64,000 bases of DNA. It comes from Desulfobacterales bacterium (GTDB taxonomy: Bacteria; Desulfobacterota; Desulfobacteria; Desulfobacterales; RPRI01). The notes under the pieces are model-generated. The model did no database searches. It saw only the letters and a program-made list of their open reading frames with translations, and was not told the origin of the DNA. Below are positions 45,051-57,324 of this stretch, piece by piece. Positions within the stretch are counted from its first letter, which is position 1, and the number at the start of each line of letters is the position of its first letter. The stretch spans positions 992 to 64,991 of the forward strand of contig JAWOHP010000108.1 in the NCBI GenBank assembly GCA_046485065.1. Direction: 5' to 3'. The position numbers were made by a program, and so were the translations under genes.

Positions 45051-46037
45051 ATGCACAAAAATAATAAAATAACAACGCTCATCTTTTTCTTAATTATGTT
45101 AAGCACCTTTACATATGCCGGAACAAACAGTGGTGAAGTTGTAGACAGAGTTGTAGCAGTGGTGAACGAAGAAATAATTTCCCTTTCGGAACTTTCCAAT
45201 GCTATTAATCCCTATGCTGAAAGAATAAAGTCACTTGGGTATCCGCCGGAAAAAGAACGCGAGATGCTATTTAAAGTTAGGGAAGATATGCTTGACCAGC
45301 TTATTAACCAGAAGCTTACTGATCAGGAGAGTAAAAAGTACGGTATTTCCGTAAGTGAGAAGGAGCTTGATAACGCTATCGAGCGAGTTAAAGAGGTTAA
45401 TCATTATACTGATGAAGACTTAAGAAGCATGCTGGCCAAAGAAGATATGACTATAGAAGGCTATCGCAGTAAGGTTAAAGAACATCTTATTAGGTCAAAG
45501 CTCCTTAATATTGCAATTAAATCCAAAATAATAATAACGAAAGATGAAATATTATCTTATTACAACAGCAATATTGAGAAATATCGGGGAGAAAAAATAT
45601 ACTATCTTAAAAACATGATCAAGATTATCGGGATAGGTGTCATCGATGATGAAAAACAAAATATCAAATCAAAGATGGAAGAAATTTATGGCAAATTAAA
45701 AGGCGGGAAAAAATTTGAGGATGTCAGCAAGGATTATTCCGGCTCTGATTTTGATATAAAGAACCTGGATTTGGGAATGTTTAAATATAATCAATTATCT
45801 CCAGAGATACAGGAGGCAATAAAAGAACTAAAAGCGGGTGATTTTACGAAAGTTGTTGAAACCGAAGTTGGTTATCAGATCATTTACATAGAAAATATCG
45901 AAGAAAAACCGGGCAAATCTCTTGAAGAAGTTAGTCCTGAAATACAGGACATCCTGTTTGGCAAAGTAGTTGAAAGAAAATTTGAATCTTGGATAGAGGA
46001 GTTAAGGGCAAAATCCCATATTAAAGTGATTAAATAG
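45051..46037 (+). CDS. SurA-like periplasmic peptidyl-prolyl isomerase (parvulin type)
   Basis: Signal peptide, SurA_N region (..DRVVAVVNEEIIS..LINQKLTDQES..), and a C-terminal PpiC-like segment (..GGKFEDVSKDYS..DLGMF..GYQIIYIE..). Confidence 0.75.
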   Translation: MHKNNKITTLIFFLIMLSTFTYAGTNSGEVVDRVVAVVNEEIISLSELSNAINPYAERIKSLGYPPEKEREMLFKVREDMLDQLINQKLTDQESKKYGISVSEKELDNAIERVKEVNHYTDEDLRSMLAKEDMTIEGYRSKVKEHLIRSKLLNIAIKSKIIITKDEILSYYNSNIEKYRGEKIYYLKNMIKIIGIGVIDDEKQNIKSKMEEIYGKLKGGKKFEDVSKDYSGSDFDIKNLDLGMFKYNQLSPEIQEAIKELKAGDFTKVVETEVGYQIIYIENIEEKPGKSLEEVSPEIQDILFGKVVERKFESWIEELRAKSHIKVIK

Positions 46038-46127
46038 TGTCCGGCCAGAAGCAAAGTCGGGACACAGTTTGAGGTTTAAATTTTTTCGACAACACCAGAT
46101 AAAACTTATTAATGTTGATTTTAGAAT

Positions 46128-46841
46128 ATGATTCCTGAAAATAAATCATTTTCATTTGGGCATTATCTTCAGACTTTCAGAATTGAGAAAAGGATTGGAC
46201 TTGAGGAGTTATCAAGGGAAACAAAAATAGGTATTGACTGTCTTTCATTAATAGAGAATGAACAGCTGGATAAGCTTCCTCCAGAGGTTTTCGTAAAGGG
46301 TTTTTTGCGTTCTTATGCGAAGGCTGTCGATGCAGATGCAGATGAAGCTGTTCGGCGGTATCTCGCATCTATAGGTGTCGTTAATAAAATGATTAAACCG
46401 GAGAAAGAATTAAATAAAACCGGTTTGAGGTACTGGCATAAAATATTTTTGCTTTTTGGGATTTTTTTATGCGTCGTTATAATTTCAATTTTTTCGGTCT
46501 ATGAATTATCTGAAAAGACCGGATCAGCAGAAAGTGGTAAACTGAAAAAGCCATCAGAAGATATTAAACAAAAAATGAATGAAGAGAAAGGTTCAGAAGA
46601 AATCGGCGACAAGCTTTCTTTAAAAATATTTGCCGTAAAAGATACATGGCTGAAGGTGATAATTGATGGGCAGAACCCCAAAGAATATATTTTGAATAGC
46701 GGGGATTTTCTCGAACTTAATGCATCAAAAAGTTATAATTTGCTTGTAGGAGATGCAGGCGCAATCAAATTACGCTTTAATGAAAAGGCGTACGATATCG
46801 CGAGGGAAAGCGGCCGTGCCGCAAACATTCAGATTCCGTGA
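46128..46841 (+). CDS. RodZ-like HTH/DUF4115 membrane protein
   Basis: N-terminal XRE-type HTH (..LEELSRETKIGIDCLSLIENEQ..PEVFVKGFLRSYA..), a single TM, and a C-terminal beta-rich domain. Confidence 0.7.
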   Translation: MIPENKSFSFGHYLQTFRIEKRIGLEELSRETKIGIDCLSLIENEQLDKLPPEVFVKGFLRSYAKAVDADADEAVRRYLASIGVVNKMIKPEKELNKTGLRYWHKIFLLFGIFLCVVIISIFSVYELSEKTGSAESGKLKKPSEDIKQKMNEEKGSEEIGDKLSLKIFAVKDTWLKVIIDGQNPKEYILNSGDFLELNASKSYNLLVGDAGAIKLRFNEKAYDIARESGRAANIQIP

Positions 46842-46903
46842 TATGACAGTACAGAAATATTTATGCTTTGCAACTTAAACAAGTGAATACTGGCAGGTTT
46901 GAT

Positions 46904-48256
46904 ATGGAAGGTGATCGGATAAAAATACTTATTGAAAGCGTAAAAAGATTGCTACGTCGTGAAGCAACTTCTCATCTTCGCAAGATAATGAACAAGACAC
47001 ATGCGGCTGATCTGTCTCAGGTATTCAGAGCGCTCTCTATTCCAAATCAGCGCAGGCTCTTTGACATGATAAAAGACGTTGAAAAAAAAGGCGCTCTTCT
47101 CAGCGAGCTCGATGAGGATGCCTCAGTAGAACTCATTTCAGAGCTTAAGATAGACGATATAGCAGTTATTCTCGAGAATATGCCCACAGATGATGTGGCG
47201 GATCTTATAGGACGGCTTCCAAAGGAATTGTCTGATTCAATATTAAACAAGATGAAAAAGGAGGGTTCTGAAGAAGTCGAAGGCCTGCTACGATATGAAG
47301 ATGACACAGCCGGCGGAATCATGGTGCCTGATTTTATAGCCCTGAAAGAAGATATTACCGCTAAAGAGGCTATCGAATCTTTGCAGAAGGAGCATCTTGA
47401 TGTTGAAATGCCTTTTTATCTTTATGTTGTTGATGAATACGGCAAGCTTGTTGGTGTCAGCTCTTTAAGACAGCTTGTCGTCGTTCCTCCTGATAAACCG
47501 TTAAAAGAATTTATGACAAGGGACGTTTTTTCTGTCCACACCGACATGGATCAGGAAGAAGTAGCAAAAATTGTGGCGAAATATGATATTCTTGCTGTGC
47601 CTGTTGTTGATGATTTAAATAAACTTGTGGGCATTGTAACTGTTGATGATGTCATTGATATATTCAGGCGTGAAGCCACAGAAGATATGCTGAAAATGGC
47701 CGGAGTAGGCGAAGAATTTATTGAAACCAAGTCTGTTATGAAAAGTTCCAGATTACGGTTGCCATGGCTTTTTGCCAGTTGTATCGGCGGGATCATAGCA
47801 TCTGTCATTATCGGGCAATTTATGGGATCTATAAACAAAATTGCCTATCTTGCAGCTTTTATTCCTGTTATTATGGGTATGGGGGGTAACATTGGAATTC
47901 AATCTTCCACAATTGTTGTAAGAGGCCTTGCAACCGGACGCCTCAATGTCAGAGATATGTGGTCGGTCATTCTGAAAGAAATTTTTATAGGTCTGTTTCT
48001 GGGTATTATCTATGGAGGGCTTATAGCAACTTTTGCACAGATTAGTTACAGCACTTTCGATCTTGCCTTATCTGTGGGTATCGCAGTTGTTTGTTCAATG
48101 ACTCTTGCTGCCTTGTCCGGATCAATGGTTCCCATGATATTTGCAAGGATAAATATTGATCCTGCTGTTGCCACGGGCCCCTTTGTCACTACCGCAATCG
48201 ACATCATAAGCGTATCCATCTATTTTATTATTGCAACAAAACTGCTCGGAATATAA
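46904..48256 (+). CDS. mgtE: Magnesium transporter MgtE
   Basis: MgtE_N region, tandem CBS (..DDTAGGIM..; ..YDILAVPVVDD..), and a C-terminal 5-TM domain with ..GMGGNIGIQSSTI.. and ..DPAVATGPFVTT... Confidence 0.9.
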   Translation: MEGDRIKILIESVKRLLRREATSHLRKIMNKTHAADLSQVFRALSIPNQRRLFDMIKDVEKKGALLSELDEDASVELISELKIDDIAVILENMPTDDVADLIGRLPKELSDSILNKMKKEGSEEVEGLLRYEDDTAGGIMVPDFIALKEDITAKEAIESLQKEHLDVEMPFYLYVVDEYGKLVGVSSLRQLVVVPPDKPLKEFMTRDVFSVHTDMDQEEVAKIVAKYDILAVPVVDDLNKLVGIVTVDDVIDIFRREATEDMLKMAGVGEEFIETKSVMKSSRLRLPWLFASCIGGIIASVIIGQFMGSINKIAYLAAFIPVIMGMGGNIGIQSSTIVVRGLATGRLNVRDMWSVILKEIFIGLFLGIIYGGLIATFAQISYSTFDLALSVGIAVVCSMTLAALSGSMVPMIFARINIDPAVATGPFVTTAIDIISVSIYFIIATKLLGI

Positions 48257-48260
48257 GGAG

Positions 48261-49037
48261 ATGAAAACCTTTTCATCTCCTGCAATAATTCTCAGGCGCG
48301 TCGATTTTGGAGATTACGATTTAATTTTAACTTTATTTACACTTGAAAAGGGCAAGATATCGACGATAGCAAAGTCGGCTAAAAAGAGCATAAGAAGGTT
48401 TGGGGGAATTCTTGAAATATTTTCTGTTTTGAATGTGGTTTGCAGTTCCGGGAAAGGGGGGAATCTTTTTGTTCTTCTGGAAGCTGATCTGATAAGTTCT
48501 TTTTCAAATATCAGGACAGATTTCAATAAAACGACATATGCCAGTTACTGGTCAGAAATAGTTAATGCGTGGGCTGAAAATGATGCAAAACAGGAACAGC
48601 TTTACCGGTTGCTTTATTATGTTCTTGAACAGATTAATTCCGGCCGTATTTCTGCTGAAATATTGAGTATACTTTTCCAGATGAGGTTTACGTCGATAGC
48701 CGGTATTTGTCCGAATTTAGTTCGTTGCAGCATGTGCCAGCTTGCAGTTGACTGTATAAAGGAAGAACGTATATCCTTCAATTTTCAAAAAGGCGGGGTT
48801 GTTTGCAGAAAATGCACCGGAAACTTCGGAAACCGGATTTCTCTTTCAAAAAGAACGATTAAGCAGCTTCTTTGGGTTAACAGAGGCGATTTGAAAAAGA
48901 TCGGGAAAATAAGATTCACCTTTGTAGACTTAAATGAAGGATTGAATTTTTTAGAGGATTTTGTGACTTATAACCTTGGTAAAGAAATGCAAAGTCTTAA
49001 AGTCTTAAGACAGATTAGAAATAAAATTAAGGAGTAG
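48261..49037 (+). CDS. recO: DNA repair protein RecO
   Basis: N-terminal OB-fold pattern ..AIILRRVDFGDYDLILTLFT..GKIS..AK.. and a C-terminal Cys4 (..CSMC...CRKC..). The start is at the SD-preceded ATG at 48261. Confidence 0.85.
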   Translation: MKTFSSPAIILRRVDFGDYDLILTLFTLEKGKISTIAKSAKKSIRRFGGILEIFSVLNVVCSSGKGGNLFVLLEADLISSFSNIRTDFNKTTYASYWSEIVNAWAENDAKQEQLYRLLYYVLEQINSGRISAEILSILFQMRFTSIAGICPNLVRCSMCQLAVDCIKEERISFNFQKGGVVCRKCTGNFGNRISLSKRTIKQLLWVNRGDLKKIGKIRFTFVDLNEGLNFLEDFVTYNLGKEMQSLKVLRQIRNKIKE

Positions 49038-49067
49038 AAATTTCTCTGGATATGACAATCGACTTGA

Positions 49068-50135
49068 ATGTATATGATGCCGGATAATTTTAGAGATTTG
49101 ATAAATGCAGAACTAATTACAGTTTCTGCTCCATGCCGGATAGATATGGGTGGAACGCTGGATATAAGCACATTCTATTATCCCCTAATGCACCTTAATC
49201 CATGCACTTTTAATATCTCGATAGATTTGAGAACAAAGGTTTATCTTCTCCCATTTGAGGTGGGTAAGATCAAAGTCTCTTCGAGGGGTTTCAGGAGCGC
49301 GGTGTTTGCTTCGCACAAGGCTCCATTCAATCACCCTCTCGGACTTGTATTTGCTATTTCGTCGTTTTTCAACGCAGATGGAATCCATATAGTAATTGAG
49401 TCATCATCTCCACCTAGGAGCGCTCTGGGAGGATCTTCTGCGGCGGCTGTAGCGCTCGTTGCGGGTTTATTAAAATTGTTTGAAAAATCAGGGCGGAAAT
49501 TCTTCTCAAGGCATAAAGCCGTATTTCTTGCCCATGCAATTGAACAGAGCGTCGCTGGTGTGCCTTGCGGAATGCAGGACCAGCTGGCCGCAGCTTTTGG
49601 CGGGGTGAACGCATGGTTTTGGAAAGATGGAATTAAAAACCCCGGTTTTGTGAAAAAGAGCATATTTAAGAAGGAATTATTATACGATTTCAGAAAAAAT
49701 ATTATTCTTGCATATTGTGGCGTTCCTCATGAATCTAAAAATATCAACGGAAGATGGATTAATCAGTTTGTTTCTGGAAAATACAGACAGTTCTGGGACG
49801 AAATAGTTGTGTGCACAGGCAGGTTTGTTGAGGCGGTATCAAACCGTAAATTCAATGTCGCTGCGTCGTTTATGAATCGGGAGACAACGATACGAAGAAG
49901 AATGACTCCGGATGTTGTTGACGAGATTGGGCGGAAACTTATAATGTCGGCCCGGAAAAACGGATGTGGGGCAAGATTTACCGGGGCAGGAGGCGGAGGC
50001 TGCATATGGGCTATAGGCGAAGCCGGTGATATTGCGAGATTGAAAAACAAGTGGGAATCGATATTATCGCGAAGGAAAGGGGCCGCTTTGCTTGAATTCG
50101 GCATAGATTATAACGGTGTTTCTGTAAAGCAATAA
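49068..50135 (+). CDS. GHMP-family sugar/small-molecule kinase
   Basis: GHMP motif ..SSSPPRSALGGSSAAAVA.. and C-terminal ..GARFTGAGGGGC... The substrate is unknown. Confidence 0.75.
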   Translation: MYMMPDNFRDLINAELITVSAPCRIDMGGTLDISTFYYPLMHLNPCTFNISIDLRTKVYLLPFEVGKIKVSSRGFRSAVFASHKAPFNHPLGLVFAISSFFNADGIHIVIESSSPPRSALGGSSAAAVALVAGLLKLFEKSGRKFFSRHKAVFLAHAIEQSVAGVPCGMQDQLAAAFGGVNAWFWKDGIKNPGFVKKSIFKKELLYDFRKNIILAYCGVPHESKNINGRWINQFVSGKYRQFWDEIVVCTGRFVEAVSNRKFNVAASFMNRETTIRRRMTPDVVDEIGRKLIMSARKNGCGARFTGAGGGGCIWAIGEAGDIARLKNKWESILSRRKGAALLEFGIDYNGVSVKQ

Positions 50136-50170
50136 CTGTATATATAATTTTTACATATGAGGTATGAAGA

Positions 50171-51052
50171 ATGAATTTCCAGGAAGTTATTTTGTCGTTG
50201 CAAAAATTCTGGGCCCGCAGAGGATGCGTTCTGGTCCAGCCATATGACATGGAAGTTGGCGCCGGAACTTTTCATCCTGCAACCCTGCTTAAGGCATTAG
50301 GACCAGAACCGTGGAATGTCGCTTATGTCCAGCCCTCCAGAAGACCCACGGATGGCCGGTATGGAGAAAATCCAAACAGGCTTCAACATTACTACCAGTT
50401 TCAGGTAATACTCAAACCTTCACCGCTAGACGTTCAGAAGCAGTATCTTATGAGCCTGAAGGCTCTTGGAATCAAAACCCTTGATCATGATATAAGGTTT
50501 GTTGAAGATGACTGGGAATCTCCAACCCTTGGGGCATCAGGACTTGGATGGGAAGTATGGCTTGACGGAATGGAAATAACCCAGTTTACATACTTTCAGC
50601 TTGCCGGAAGCATAGACCTTCATCCCATTTCTGTTGAAATAACGTACGGTCTTGAACGGATTGCGATGTATCTCCAGGGTGTCGACAATGTTTATGACCT
50701 GAAATGGAATGATGTAATTAAATATGGCGATGTGCATCACCAGCAGGAGGTTGAACAATCGACTTATAATTTTGAAAAGTCCGATATTAATTTCCTGTTG
50801 GAACTTTTTACCAGATATGAGGCCGAATCAAAACGTATAATCGGAGAATCGCTTGTGCTCCCGGCTTATGAATACTGCTTAAAGTGTTCCCATACATTTA
50901 ATCTGCTTGATGCACGAGGAGCTATCAGTGTAACTGAAAGAACCGGTTACATTGCGCGAATCAGGAACCTTGCGAGGGCATGTGCCGAAGGTTATCTAAA
51001 GCAGAGGGAAGTCATGGGTTTTCCGCTTTTACAAACAGCACAAGCAAAATGA
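50171..51052 (+). CDS. glyQ: Glycine--tRNA ligase alpha subunit
   Basis: [34 protein letters not shown].. is highly characteristic of GlyQ. Confidence 0.95.
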   Translation: MNFQEVILSLQKFWARRGCVLVQPYDMEVGAGTFHPATLLKALGPEPWNVAYVQPSRRPTDGRYGENPNRLQHYYQFQVILKPSPLDVQKQYLMSLKALGIKTLDHDIRFVEDDWESPTLGASGLGWEVWLDGMEITQFTYFQLAGSIDLHPISVEITYGLERIAMYLQGVDNVYDLKWNDVIKYGDVHHQQEVEQSTYNFEKSDINFLLELFTRYEAESKRIIGESLVLPAYEYCLKCSHTFNLLDARGAISVTERTGYIARIRNLARACAEGYLKQREVMGFPLLQTAQAK

Positions 51053-51057
51053 TATTC

Positions 51058-51102
51058 GACGGACCGTAAAAAGTAGTTTTTGACTTTTCACGAAAGCATC
51101 AT
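51058..51102 (+). repeat. Short hairpin copy of the same family (copy E)
   Basis: GACGGACCGTAAAAAGT-agttttt-GACTTTTCACGAAAGCATCAT, 6 nt after the glyQ stop. Confidence 0.6.
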
Positions 51103-51148
51103 ATTTGATTGATTAACGAATTCTGTGTTTTTTAGAATTGAGGTGAAA

Positions 51149-53233
51149 ATGGAGACTCTATTGCTTGAAATAGGCACGGAAGAAATTCCTGCCGGTTATA
51201 TAAAACCAGCTTTAAATGCGATGTCGGAAGTTCTTTTGCGGAAGTTGACTGAGGAGAGGATTGAACACGGATCAGTGGAGATATTTGGAACTCCAAGAAG
51301 GCTTTCCCTGAAGGTTGAAAATATTTCGACGAAACAAAAACCCCTTACCAATGAGATTATCGGCCCCCCTGAAAAAGTGGGATTTGACAGCAACGGTCAG
51401 CCGACTAAGGCCGGGAGAAAATTTGCAGAAAAAACGGGTGTTCCTTTAAAATCAATATTCATAAGGCAAACTGAAAAAGGGTCGTATCTTTGCGCCGTTA
51501 AAACAGGGCCTGGTCTGAAAAGCAGAAACGTCTTAATCAAATTGCTTCCACAGATAATTGCAGCCATTCCTTTTCCCAAAGTCATGAAGTGGGGAGACCT
51601 CGATATCAGATTTGCCAGACCTATCCAATCGGTTTTAGCTCTTCTCGGCAAGCAGGTTATACCTTTTCAAGCAGGGAATATTAAAAGTGGAAGATATACT
51701 TTCGGTCACAGGTTTTTATCTCCGGGAAAGATAAAAATTTCCCACCCTGATGAATATCTTGATAAATTAAGAGCAGCCAGTGTAATCGCGGATATAGATG
51801 AAAGGAAAGCAAGTATAGAAAAACTTATCGGGGAAGTTGCTTTAAAACAGGGCGGGAGCGTTTTGCAAGACGGCGAACTTGTAGATATTGTAACAAATCT
51901 TGTTGAATATCCCGTGCCTGTTGCAGGTAGATTTGACAAGTCTTATCTTGAAATTCCGGATGAAATATTGATTAATTCAATGCGGGAGCATCAGAAATAT
52001 TTTGCGATGATTGACGGCAACAAGCGTTTAATGCCTTATTTTATAGCCGTAAATAATACTAAAGCAAATAACATGTCGCTTGTTGCAAAAGGGCATGAGC
52101 GTGTTTTGAGAGCGCGGCTTGAAGACGCCAGTTTTTTTTACAAAAGCGATGCAAAAGTGCCGATTGATGAATGGGTTGAAAAACTTAAAGGAGTTTTATT
52201 CCAGGCTAAGCTCGGTTCAATGTTTGAAAAGATTGAAAGAGTGGAAAAAATCGCGGGATTTCTGGCGGATGAACTATCTGATGACCCTGAAATCAAAAGA
52301 CAGGCTTTAAGAGCCGCCCGCTTGTGCAAAGCAGACCTCGTAAGTCAGGTTGTCGGGGAATTTCCCAAACTGCAGGGCATCATGGGTAAAATCTATGCAA
52401 TAAACGGCGGTGAGCCGGAAAATCTTGCTCTTGCTATCGAAGAGCATTATAGGCCAACCTATTCAGGCGGATCTCTTCCTGAAACTTTGGTTGGAGCAAT
52501 AGTTGGCATTGCTGATAAGATTGATTCAATATGCGGCTGTTTTTCAGCAGGACTCATTCCTACCGGAGCTTCAGATCCCTATGCACTGAGACGGCAGGGA
52601 ATTGGTATAATTCAAATAGTAATAGACAAAGGTTTTTCTTTTTCATTAAGAGCTCTTGTTGAAAAAAGTATGACACTTTTTGATTCCAAAATGGCAGGCG
52701 AGGCAAATGAAAGCGTTGAGAAGGTGTGCGATTTTCTTCAAAGCCGGATGTCGCATCTTCTGGCAGAGCAGGGCTATTCCAGGGATGTGATTTCGGCTGT
52801 AATGGGTTCTTCGGTGAATATTGTGCCTGATGTCTGGAGCAGGACAAAGGCGCTGGAAAGACTGAAGACAGCTCCTGATTTTGATCCTCTTGCAATCGCC
52901 TTTAAAAGGGTTGTGAACATAATCAAGAAATCCGGGCATGAAATAAGTGTCAAGGGGATAGACGGTGTAAACGAGAAGTTATTCGAACATGAATGTGAGT
53001 CAGCTCTGTTTTCTTCTTACAGAAATGTCAGGGGAATGGTCCTGAAGAATCTGGAAATCGGGAATTTTGATCAGGCACTTCTCGATATTGCATCACTGAA
53101 AAAACCTGTTGACGAATTTTTTGACGGAGTACTTGTAATGGCTGAAGATATAAATATCAGGAACAACCGGCTTGCCCTTCTCGGTTGTATATCCGATCTT
53201 TTCGATTTGTTTGCGGATTTTTCAAAAATTTAA
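51149..53233 (+). CDS. glyS: Glycine--tRNA ligase beta subunit
   Basis: ..LLLEIGTEEIPAGY.., ..FGTPRRL.., ..REHQKYF.., ..DPYALRR... The start is at the ATG at 51149 after GAGGTG. Confidence 0.93.
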   Translation: METLLLEIGTEEIPAGYIKPALNAMSEVLLRKLTEERIEHGSVEIFGTPRRLSLKVENISTKQKPLTNEIIGPPEKVGFDSNGQPTKAGRKFAEKTGVPLKSIFIRQTEKGSYLCAVKTGPGLKSRNVLIKLLPQIIAAIPFPKVMKWGDLDIRFARPIQSVLALLGKQVIPFQAGNIKSGRYTFGHRFLSPGKIKISHPDEYLDKLRAASVIADIDERKASIEKLIGEVALKQGGSVLQDGELVDIVTNLVEYPVPVAGRFDKSYLEIPDEILINSMREHQKYFAMIDGNKRLMPYFIAVNNTKANNMSLVAKGHERVLRARLEDASFFYKSDAKVPIDEWVEKLKGVLFQAKLGSMFEKIERVEKIAGFLADELSDDPEIKRQALRAARLCKADLVSQVVGEFPKLQGIMGKIYAINGGEPENLALAIEEHYRPTYSGGSLPETLVGAIVGIADKIDSICGCFSAGLIPTGASDPYALRRQGIGIIQIVIDKGFSFSLRALVEKSMTLFDSKMAGEANESVEKVCDFLQSRMSHLLAEQGYSRDVISAVMGSSVNIVPDVWSRTKALERLKTAPDFDPLAIAFKRVVNIIKKSGHEISVKGIDGVNEKLFEHECESALFSSYRNVRGMVLKNLEIGNFDQALLDIASLKKPVDEFFDGVLVMAEDINIRNNRLALLGCISDLFDLFADFSKI

Positions 53234-53267
53234 AGGACAGCGTCGTAAAATAAAATAGGAGGATAAA

Positions 53268-53519
53268 ATGCCTTTTGATCCCGATATGGATAAAATATTA
53301 AAGCAGTGGAAAAATGAAGAGACAGGTCTTGTAATTTCTATAAATCGATATGGTAATGGTGAACCTAAACTGCAGATAGGTCCTAGAATATTCCTTAGAA
53401 AAGACGGAAATGAGAGCCAGCGTAAGGCCGGTCGTCTTTCAATTGAGGATCTGCTTTGGTTTTATGAAATCATTGATGAAATAAAAGAAGAACTTTCAAA
53501 ACTGGCTGGTCCCAGATAA
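53268..53519 (+). CDS. Small hypothetical protein (possibly PC4/YdbC-like ssDNA-binding fold)
   Basis: 83 aa with a strong AGGAGG SD. ..LVISINRYGNGEPKLQIGPR..RKAGRLSIEDL.. loosely recalls YdbC/PC4. The functional call is weak. Confidence 0.5.
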   Translation: MPFDPDMDKILKQWKNEETGLVISINRYGNGEPKLQIGPRIFLRKDGNESQRKAGRLSIEDLLWFYEIIDEIKEELSKLAGPR

Positions 53520-53605
53520 TTATTATTATCTGTGCCGGCAAAATTTTCTCGTTCTTTCCGCAGTCGACGGGAACCCCGCACCTTTTATTATTGACGGCAG
53601 GATTC

Positions 53606-56358
<2,753 letters not shown>

Positions 56359-56456
56359 TTGATCTGTTTCTTTTTGCCATATTTCAAGGAAAAGAATAAA
56401 GAACCTGAACCTGCCTTTAACGAGAAGTTATTCAAAGTCTCATGGAGGAAATGGAT

Positions 56457-56741
56457 ATGTCGGACAAGATAAGATCTTCTGTTATAATTGCCGGTAAAGT
56501 TCAGGGCGTTTGCTTCAGGATGGAGACTAAAAAGGTTGCAGACAGGTTTAATGTTTGCGGATGGGTAAGGAATAAGAGGGACGGTACAGTTGAAGCTGTT
56601 TTTGAAGGTGAAATGAGTGATGTGGCTTCTGTGATTGAATGGTGTAAAAAAGGTCCGCCCTATTCGAGAGTTATGAAGGTTGATATCGAACAGGATTCTT
56701 ACTCCGGCGAATATGAAGGATTTGATATTAGGTTCGGATAA
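56457..56741 (+). CDS. acyP: Acylphosphatase
   Basis: ..GKVQGVCFR..., ..GWVRNKRDGTVE.. are the acylphosphatase signatures. The ATG at 56457 lies 7 nt after GGAGGA. Confidence 0.88.
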   Translation: MSDKIRSSVIIAGKVQGVCFRMETKKVADRFNVCGWVRNKRDGTVEAVFEGEMSDVASVIEWCKKGPPYSRVMKVDIEQDSYSGEYEGFDIRFG

Positions 56742-56787
56742 AAAAACGGCCTGTTTTTTTCTTTAAACAAAAAAACAGGCCGTTTTA
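56742..56787. terminator. Bidirectional rho-independent terminator between convergent acyP and hupB
   Basis: ACGGCCTGTTTTTTT (56746-56760) pairs perfectly with AAAAAAACAGGCCGT (56769-56783), with an 8-nt loop. It is flanked by an A-run upstream and a T-run downstream. Confidence 0.8.
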
Positions 56788-56807
56788 AATCGGATTGAGT
56801 TTTGATT

Positions 56808-57074
56808 CTATTCTTTAAGATTCTTACCGGGTCTGAATTTAACAACGCTGCAAGCTTTGATTTTGATGGGTTCACCTGTTTGAGGATTGCGGCCTTTTCG
56901 GGCTTTACGGCGGACTTTCGTAAAAGTGCCAAAACCAACAAGGGTAACCTTGCCGTCTTTTTTCTTAAGAGTTTTTGAAATGCTGTCCATGAAAGATTTT
57001 AGAGCAGCTGCCGCCGCGACTTTGGGAATGCCGGCATCCTGTGCCGCCTTGTCTACTAATTCTGCTTTTGTCAT
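56808..57074 (-). CDS. hupB: HU family DNA-binding protein
   Basis: MTKAELVDK...VGFGTFTKVRRKARKGRNPQTGEPIKI.A..VVKFRPGK.L. Confidence 0.93.
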   Translation of the reverse strand: MTKAELVDKAAQDAGIPKVAAAAALKSFMDSISKTLKKKDGKVTLVGFGTFTKVRRKARKGRNPQTGEPIKIKACSVVKFRPGKNLKE

Positions 57075-57134
57075 AGTGCTTTCCCCCCTTTTGATTTTTG
57101 TTGGTTAATAACAAACATCCTCTTTCCCCCTGCC

Positions 57135-57161
57135 AATATAGCAGTAATTTATTGATGTCAA
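57135..57161 (-). promoter_or_regulatory. Candidate sigma-70 promoter for hupB
   Basis: The minus strand reads TTGACA - 15 nt - (TGc)TATATT, i.e. a consensus -35 with an extended -10, about 60 nt upstream of the hupB ATG. Confidence 0.4.
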
Positions 57162-57324
57162 GTGAAAATCAGCATCCCGCAACACTTTTTGTGGCTATTG
57201 CTATCTTGAACCGAGCCGTGCCAGCCCTTTACATGATACCTGTATGGAAAAACCATATTAATACGAAAACAAAATCTATTATCATGTTGTCTGGTGACTG
57301 TTCTGAAGCATCAATTACGTAAGG

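Noticed and set aside
57098-57322. ORFs 56887..57108(+), 57098..57322(+) and 56699..56941(-) around hupB.
   Set aside because: They overlap hupB, its promoter/leader or the bidirectional terminator, and they have no coding features.
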